Source of the DNA: Candidatus Microgenomatus sp.
GTDB lineage: Bacteria; Patescibacteriota; Microgenomatia; UBA8517
Direction: 5' to 3'
NCBI GenBank assembly: GCA_020724555.1
Contig: DYGT01000001.1
Location: forward strand, 1-53,850
DNA: 53,850 bases
Position 1 is the first letter of the stretch, and each line of letters opens with the position of its first letter. Both the position numbers and the translations under genes were made by a program. This document shows positions 48,587 through 53,850 of the stretch, one piece after another. Under the pieces are notes generated by a model, which did not search any database, was not told the origin of the DNA, and saw only the letters and a list, made by a program, of their open reading frames with translations.

Positions 48587-48910
48587 TTATAAAAACTTGC
48601 GAGCGTATTTTCCCAGTACGGGCAATTCCCACTCAACCCCTTGCGACGCTTGATAAATAAGCACAAGCCACAAGACAAACTCAGCAAGCATTAAAAACGG
48701 AACAATAAAATTTATTACTGGGATAATACCCAAAACCGTATTTACTACAAACACGGCTATGGAAAAAACTATTGATTGCATAGCGTGAAAACGAACAAAA
48801 GGATTACGTTCCATTAGCAAAAAAATTACACCGGTCACAATTAACAATACATACGACAATGCTGCCGCGGTTTCTTTTTTTAATCCAATGGGCGAAGATT
48901 GTGCTGCCAA
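48587..48910 (-). CDS. DUF4870-like small membrane protein
   Basis: AALSY, FVRFHAMQS, LPVLG; TTG start after GGAGGTGA. Confidence 0.8.
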   Translation of the reverse strand: MAAQSSPIGLKKETAAALSYVLLIVTGVIFLLMERNPFVRFHAMQSIVFSIAVFVVNTVLGIIPVINFIVPFLMLAEFVLWLVLIYQASQGVEWELPVLGKYARKFL

Positions 48911-48911
48911 A

Positions 48912-50306
48912 TTAATCACCTCCTTTGTGTTTTATTTCAATGAAATATTTTCTCCCATCTGATTTAATTTTAACTTTTATTTTTCGCTCCCCAACACCGC
49001 TTTTATAATCACTTAACGCTTTTGCTAAATCTCCATCTCCTGTTTCGGCGATTTTTCTGAGGGTATTTGCCCTAGCCAACTGTCTGCTATAAATATTTAC
49101 TAAATCTTGTGCTTCCGGCGTGATGCTCATTATTTCCCTGAACGCACGATATAAAAGATTAAAATTTTCCAAAATATCCCAAAAATCATCTTCTAGTACA
49201 CCCTCCGATCTTCTATCAAGTCGACCGCTAGCTTTATTAAGCTCGTTATATAACTTTTGTGGCTTATTTTTATACTTTTCTACTTTCTTTATAACCAAAT
49301 CATCTAAATTCCACTTATTGCGATGTTCGTCATACCACCCATAAAGTTTGTGTTCCCAGTTACGATACAACTTCTCAGCAATTTTGAATCGGTCAACGTT
49401 CGGTTTTTTGTCCTTACTTACATTGTCCATAAAATTCTCAGCTTCGTTTTGCAACAATTTATTGGCGCGCATAAATTGAGTCATGCGCCAACCAAGTACA
49501 AAACTTCCTCTGGGAAGATTATTTTGAATGTTTAAAAAAAGCTCTTGCCTTTGGGCCTGCATTCTTCTTAAACTCTTTTGATATTCATCGATATTAGCAA
49601 TATCAAAATTTTTAGGTTTTTTGAGCGCATCCGTAATTTTTTCAGCTTCTTTTCTAATTTCTTCAAGCAAAAATTCCTGCCTTTCGGTTCTTGTTAATTC
49701 TTCATCCTTAAGCTCTGTTTCTGTGGGCGGACGCAACGCCTCGATGGGTGGTGGAACAAAGGGCGGTTCGATAATTTCTGGCATAAGAACTTGCGGGTAA
49801 ATTGAGCCGGGAGATAAAACCGGACGTTGTATGGCTTCAAATTCTGGCGCTGAGGAAGGCATTGATATATCGTCATTTTTGCCGTCTTCGTGTTTTTGCG
49901 TATCGCTAGGAGCTGGGAGAGGATCATGATAACTACTTATTTTTCCTTCTTTTTCTGTAAGTTTTTGCTCAAAATCGGATAGTTTATCTTCCAGAGCCGC
50001 TAACATTTTGGGGTTTTCTTCTTTCAATGAATCTAAAAACACAGAATAATTCTCACGAACTTGTCGGTATTCTTCCTCATCTTTAGCTTCATCATCAATT
50101 AAATCCATAAATTTCACTCCCTCTTTTCCGCTTAGTCGAATTAAATAATTTAAATCCCCAAATGCTTCATGAATCTCCACGGCTTGCCCTTTTTCTTTTA
50201 AAGCAAAAAAACGCTGATATGCGTTTTCGTATCTGGTAATAAAATCCGCCGCTTGCGGTGCTTTTGGTGGATTTACTATTGTATCTGGTCCCATTTGGTT
50301 AATCAT
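48912..50306 (-). CDS. Hypothetical charged helical protein
   Basis: 464-aa ORF co-oriented with neighbours; no family recognised. Confidence 0.75.
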   Translation of the reverse strand: MINQMGPDTIVNPPKAPQAADFITRYENAYQRFFALKEKGQAVEIHEAFGDLNYLIRLSGKEGVKFMDLIDDEAKDEEEYRQVRENYSVFLDSLKEENPKMLAALEDKLSDFEQKLTEKEGKISSYHDPLPAPSDTQKHEDGKNDDISMPSSAPEFEAIQRPVLSPGSIYPQVLMPEIIEPPFVPPPIEALRPPTETELKDEELTRTERQEFLLEEIRKEAEKITDALKKPKNFDIANIDEYQKSLRRMQAQRQELFLNIQNNLPRGSFVLGWRMTQFMRANKLLQNEAENFMDNVSKDKKPNVDRFKIAEKLYRNWEHKLYGWYDEHRNKWNLDDLVIKKVEKYKNKPQKLYNELNKASGRLDRRSEGVLEDDFWDILENFNLLYRAFREIMSITPEAQDLVNIYSRQLARANTLRKIAETGDGDLAKALSDYKSGVGERKIKVKIKSDGRKYFIEIKHKGGD

Positions 50307-50339
50307 TTCAAATCATGCCTATTAGGTCAATTGTAGCTT

Positions 50340-51314
50340 TTAGAAAAACAGCTCCAGAGCCACAAAAACAAAATATAAAATAACGAGTAAAAAACCTTCC
50401 CAGCGCTCGAGTGAATGCTTGCTTCTGATAAAAAACCAAAAAACGCTAAAACAAACCAAAAAAGAAAGAGTGGCAATGGCGTATTCCGCTTTGGCAGCCA
50501 CATAAATGGGTGAAATTAAGGAAACCGTTCCAATAATTAAAGTTGAGTTTAAGATGATTGAGCCTAAAATATTCCCAAAAAACATACTTGGAGTATGATC
50601 TTCTAGGGATCGCAGGGAGAAAGCAATCTCAGGGAGGCTTGTCCCTACAGCTAAAATTATAAGTCCAATAACCAAAACCGGCAGATTAATAGCTAATGCC
50701 AAAACTTCGGAAATTCGCACAATCATGTCCGCGGAAAACAAAAGAAGGGCGATTCCTATAAATAAACGCATATAAACTCTGGTTTCTTTTCCGTCAATAT
50801 GGGTTAATTTATAAAAAAATTTATAAACTACGTCGCGGTCTGGTTCATCTTTGACTATCTGGGCAAAACGTTTTCTAAAAAGCCCGCTTGCATATACGCC
50901 GTATATTGCCAGAAGTATCAATCCGTCTACCCTGGTCAAATTTCCATCCAAAATAAATATTGCGGGCATAATACCGGCTATCAGAGCAATCAAAACATCG
51001 TGTTTTAAAAATGATCCATGAACTACTGCTTTTCCAGCAACCAAGGTAGTAATTCCCGCCACTAAAGATATATTGGCAATATTTGATCCGATAACCACCC
51101 CTAAAGACAAATTTGCTACCCCCTCTAAGGCAGAGGTCACACCCACAAACAGCTCGGGCAGGCTTGTGCTCAACGCCAACAAAACCGCCGAAAGGGCAAA
51201 GACGCCTGTTTTTGTTTTTTGGCTAATTTTTTTTAGGGCCAAAATTACAATATCAGCCGCCTTTATGATAACAAAACAAAAAACAACCAAAAGAATAATG
51301 TAAATCAGGGTCAT
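50340..51314 (-). CDS. Na+/Ca2+ exchanger family (YrbG-like) antiporter
   Basis: Two alpha repeats: STSLPE/GSNIAN and GTSLPE/GS. Confidence 0.92.
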   Translation of the reverse strand: MTLIYIILLVVFCFVIIKAADIVILALKKISQKTKTGVFALSAVLLALSTSLPELFVGVTSALEGVANLSLGVVIGSNIANISLVAGITTLVAGKAVVHGSFLKHDVLIALIAGIMPAIFILDGNLTRVDGLILLAIYGVYASGLFRKRFAQIVKDEPDRDVVYKFFYKLTHIDGKETRVYMRLFIGIALLLFSADMIVRISEVLALAINLPVLVIGLIILAVGTSLPEIAFSLRSLEDHTPSMFFGNILGSIILNSTLIIGTVSLISPIYVAAKAEYAIATLSFLVCFSVFWFFIRSKHSLERWEGFLLVILYFVFVALELFF

Positions 51315-51445
51315 ATTTATATTCTACAGATAAAAAGCAATTAACGAAAATGTGTTATATCCAAGATACTCCAATTTACAATTTTAGAAATAGTATTTTG
51401 GGTTCAAAATCTCTTCCGAGAATTGCAAATTCGAGTAAGAGGAGT

Positions 51446-53850
51446 TTATCGCCGCGCATAGACTTTAAGCAAATGCTTAAAAATTTCAATTGATAAAAAC
51501 ATTAAAGCAGATACTAAAAATATAGCACCCACGCTTAGAAAATTAAGGGCAGAAACTTCAAAAAATGAACGGAGAGGGGAAAACACAAAAGGTAAAAACT
51601 GTAAAAAAAGCCCTGCGACGACTGCCAGGTTCAGCCATTTATTAGCAAAAGGGTTTTCATGCCAAAATGGTTCTTTTAAAGTTCGCACCGAAAACACATA
51701 CACCAAAGAATTTACTCCTAAGGTGGCAAACGCCACAGACCGCGCCAAAACTACGTCGGCCGTATTTTTGTAAAACAAATAAAATACAATCAGTGCCGAA
51801 ATCCCCCCAAAAAACGAAACCATAGCAATAAGCTCCCTTACCCATCCGGTAACGACCTGCTCATCTTTACTCCGCGGCTTTTGCTTCATAATCCCCGGAG
51901 CTTTGGGATCTACCGTTAAAGCCAAATTCGGTAAACCGTCTGAAACTAAATTAATCCACAAAATCTGAGCCGCTGTCACAGGCATGGGAAGCCCGAGGAT
52001 TATCGTGCCTACAACCGCCACAATCTCTTCAAAAGCATCACTCATAAGATACAAAACCACTTTTCGGATGTTGTCAAAAATGCCACGCCCTTCCTCTATG
52101 GCCGCTACAATAGTATTAAAATTACTATCCAATAAAATCAAATCGGCTGTTTCTTTGGCGACATCCGAAGCCTCGGCCACAACAATGCCGATGTCTGCTT
52201 TTTTAAGCGCCAAGGCGTCATTCACACCATCCCCCATCATCCCCACCACTTCGCCTTTGCTTTTTAAAGCATCTATAAGTTTTTCTTTTTGCTGGGGAGT
52301 GGTGCGCGCAAAAAGCTTTATCCCGTTCCAATTGGAAAATAAATTTTCTATCTCCACCTGGCTTAAGCTGCCCAATTCTTCACCCAAGACTATGTCTTTT
52401 TCGTTGACTACCAAACTCAATTCGTTTAAAACATGCTTGGCGGTATCAGCATAATCACCCGTAATCACAACTAGCTTAATGCCCGCATCTTGGGCCTTTA
52501 CAAGACTTGATTTAACGCTTTTTCTAACAGGGTCACTAAAAGCAATAAGGCCTACCCAAGTCAAATCTTTTTTTATATCGCTTTCAACCAAGCTTTCTTT
52601 TTGCTTCGACACTTTTTTTCTTGCCATACCCATCACACGTTTGCCAGACATTGTCAATTGATTAATAGTTTTTGCAATTTGTTTTTTTTCGTCTGCGGAC
52701 AAATCAGACCACTGCAATAAATACTCAGGGGCGCCGTTTACATATATGCAATTATACGAAGCGTGACTATTTAAGGATGCATAAAAGCGGCTTGTAGAAG
52801 AAAAGGGCAAACTATCCAATTGCACATATTTTTTTCTTAAGACATCCGCATTTTTTTTCAATTGCCTTAATTTATCCATTCCCCAATCCCAGGTTGCCAA
52901 CGTTATCGGGTCGTCCAAATCATTTGCGAGCACGGCCTGTGTAGCAAGCCTTTTTTGGTTTCCCATTGTTTCCACAACGCTCATTTGCCCTTTGGTCAAA
53001 GTGCCGGTTTTATCCAAACAGATGGTTGTTACGCCTCCCAATGTTTCAGCCGACACCAGTCTTCTAACCAAGCCTTTTCTTTTGGTTATGCGCTGCATGC
53101 CAATTGCCAATACCGCTGTTAAACCAATCAATAATCCCTCGGGTATGGCAGAAACGGCAAGAGCCACGGAAACGGTAAAAGTTTCCTCTAAATCCCGGCC
53201 ACCCAAAAAACCAACAATAAAAACAAATATTGTTAAACCAAGGACTAAAACGCTTAATTGTTTGCTGAACCTTCTTATTTGTTTTTTAAGTGGCGTATCG
53301 TCATCTTTTTTCTGGATGCCTATGGCGATACTCCCCATTTTTGTATTTTTACCGGTTTTTGTAACCAGCATTTTTCCTTTCCCGGCAGTGACAACTGTTC
53401 CCATAAAAACTTCTTCTTTGTCTTTTTTATTTAAAGCTTTTGTTTCGCCGGTTAAAATTGCCTCATTAACATAAAACCGGTTAGCCTCAATGAGGATTCC
53501 GTCTGCAGGTATTTTTACTCCCTGATCCAAAATTACAACGTCTCCGGGAACCACCAGCTCCACACCCAAAGTTACGGCTATGCCATCCCGGATTACTTTT
53601 GCCTCGGGGTGCAAGAGCTTTTTTAAAGCAAAAATGACTTTATTTGCCCGGGATTCCTGAAAAAAACCCAGAAAGGAATTTATCACAATAGCGATAAAGA
53701 TAATTACCGTGTCTGAATAATCACCCAAAAAAAACGTTACCCCCGAAGCCGCCAGCAAAACGTACACCAACGGGTCTTTAAGCTGAGAAATAAAGATTAC
53801 AAAATTCGAAGGCGGTGGCGTTTCCGGAAGCGTATTTGTACCAAATTTAG
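51446..53850 (-). CDS. Cation-transporting P-type ATPase (type IIA-like), 5' end beyond the window
   Basis: TGET, IPEGL, DKTGT, GDGVND, QILWINLVSDG; frame stays open to the window end. Confidence 0.95.
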   Translation of the reverse strand, partial: KFGTNTLPETPPPSNFVIFISQLKDPLVYVLLAASGVTFFLGDYSDTVIIFIAIVINSFLGFFQESRANKVIFALKKLLHPEAKVIRDGIAVTLGVELVVPGDVVILDQGVKIPADGILIEANRFYVNEAILTGETKALNKKDKEEVFMGTVVTAGKGKMLVTKTGKNTKMGSIAIGIQKKDDDTPLKKQIRRFSKQLSVLVLGLTIFVFIVGFLGGRDLEETFTVSVALAVSAIPEGLLIGLTAVLAIGMQRITKRKGLVRRLVSAETLGGVTTICLDKTGTLTKGQMSVVETMGNQKRLATQAVLANDLDDPITLATWDWGMDKLRQLKKNADVLRKKYVQLDSLPFSSTSRFYASLNSHASYNCIYVNGAPEYLLQWSDLSADEKKQIAKTINQLTMSGKRVMGMARKKVSKQKESLVESDIKKDLTWVGLIAFSDPVRKSVKSSLVKAQDAGIKLVVITGDYADTAKHVLNELSLVVNEKDIVLGEELGSLSQVEIENLFSNWNGIKLFARTTPQQKEKLIDALKSKGEVVGMMGDGVNDALALKKADIGIVVAEASDVAKETADLILLDSNFNTIVAAIEEGRGIFDNIRKVVLYLMSDAFEEIVAVVGTIILGLPMPVTAAQILWINLVSDGLPNLALTVDPKAPGIMKQKPRSKDEQVVTGWVRELIAMVSFFGGISALIVFYLFYKNTADVVLARSVAFATLGVNSLVYVFSVRTLKEPFWHENPFANKWLNLAVVAGLFLQFLPFVFSPLRSFFEVSALNFLSVGAIFLVSALMFLSIEIFKHLLKVYARR

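Overview
53.85-kb fragment of a small-genome bacterium. Gene content, intron-rich rRNA and primer-site mismatches point to Patescibacteria/CPR, probably Microgenomates-like; this is inferred and no database search was run. Left arm: rho, two sortases each beside a candidate substrate, a prepilin, a GT2/GT4/GT-C glycosylation cluster, radA and rpsA. Centre: a split rRNA operon. The tRNA-Ala-23S-5S unit and the 16S gene each have their own sigma70 promoter and lie about 6.4 kb apart. The 23S has two group I introns (E. coli positions 1917 and 1951) with LAGLIDADG ORFs. The 16S has a group II-like intron with a LAGLIDADG ORF near position 1402 and a bare GIY-YIG ORF filling the helix-6 loop. Right arm: tRNAs, two RRM proteins, a cohesin/lyase-like gene beside a phytase-phosphoesterase-dockerin gene, the thioredoxin system, an alpha-glucan cluster, pth and cation transporters. 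The best candidate for an undescribed system is the tRNA-Ile locus: an intact tRNA sits between a 5' half-copy and a 3' half-copy, each carrying small hairpin insertions, with two different ~85-aa GIY-YIG nucleases in the gaps whose stop codons lie inside tRNA sequence. The same nested layout, without nucleases, recurs at tRNA-Gln, and one inserted hairpin is identical to a hairpin in the 23S rRNA. Other leads: GC-rich secreted orphan genes bracketed by rRNA-like leader-trailer stems, and a possible cohesin-dockerin phosphate-scavenging complex.
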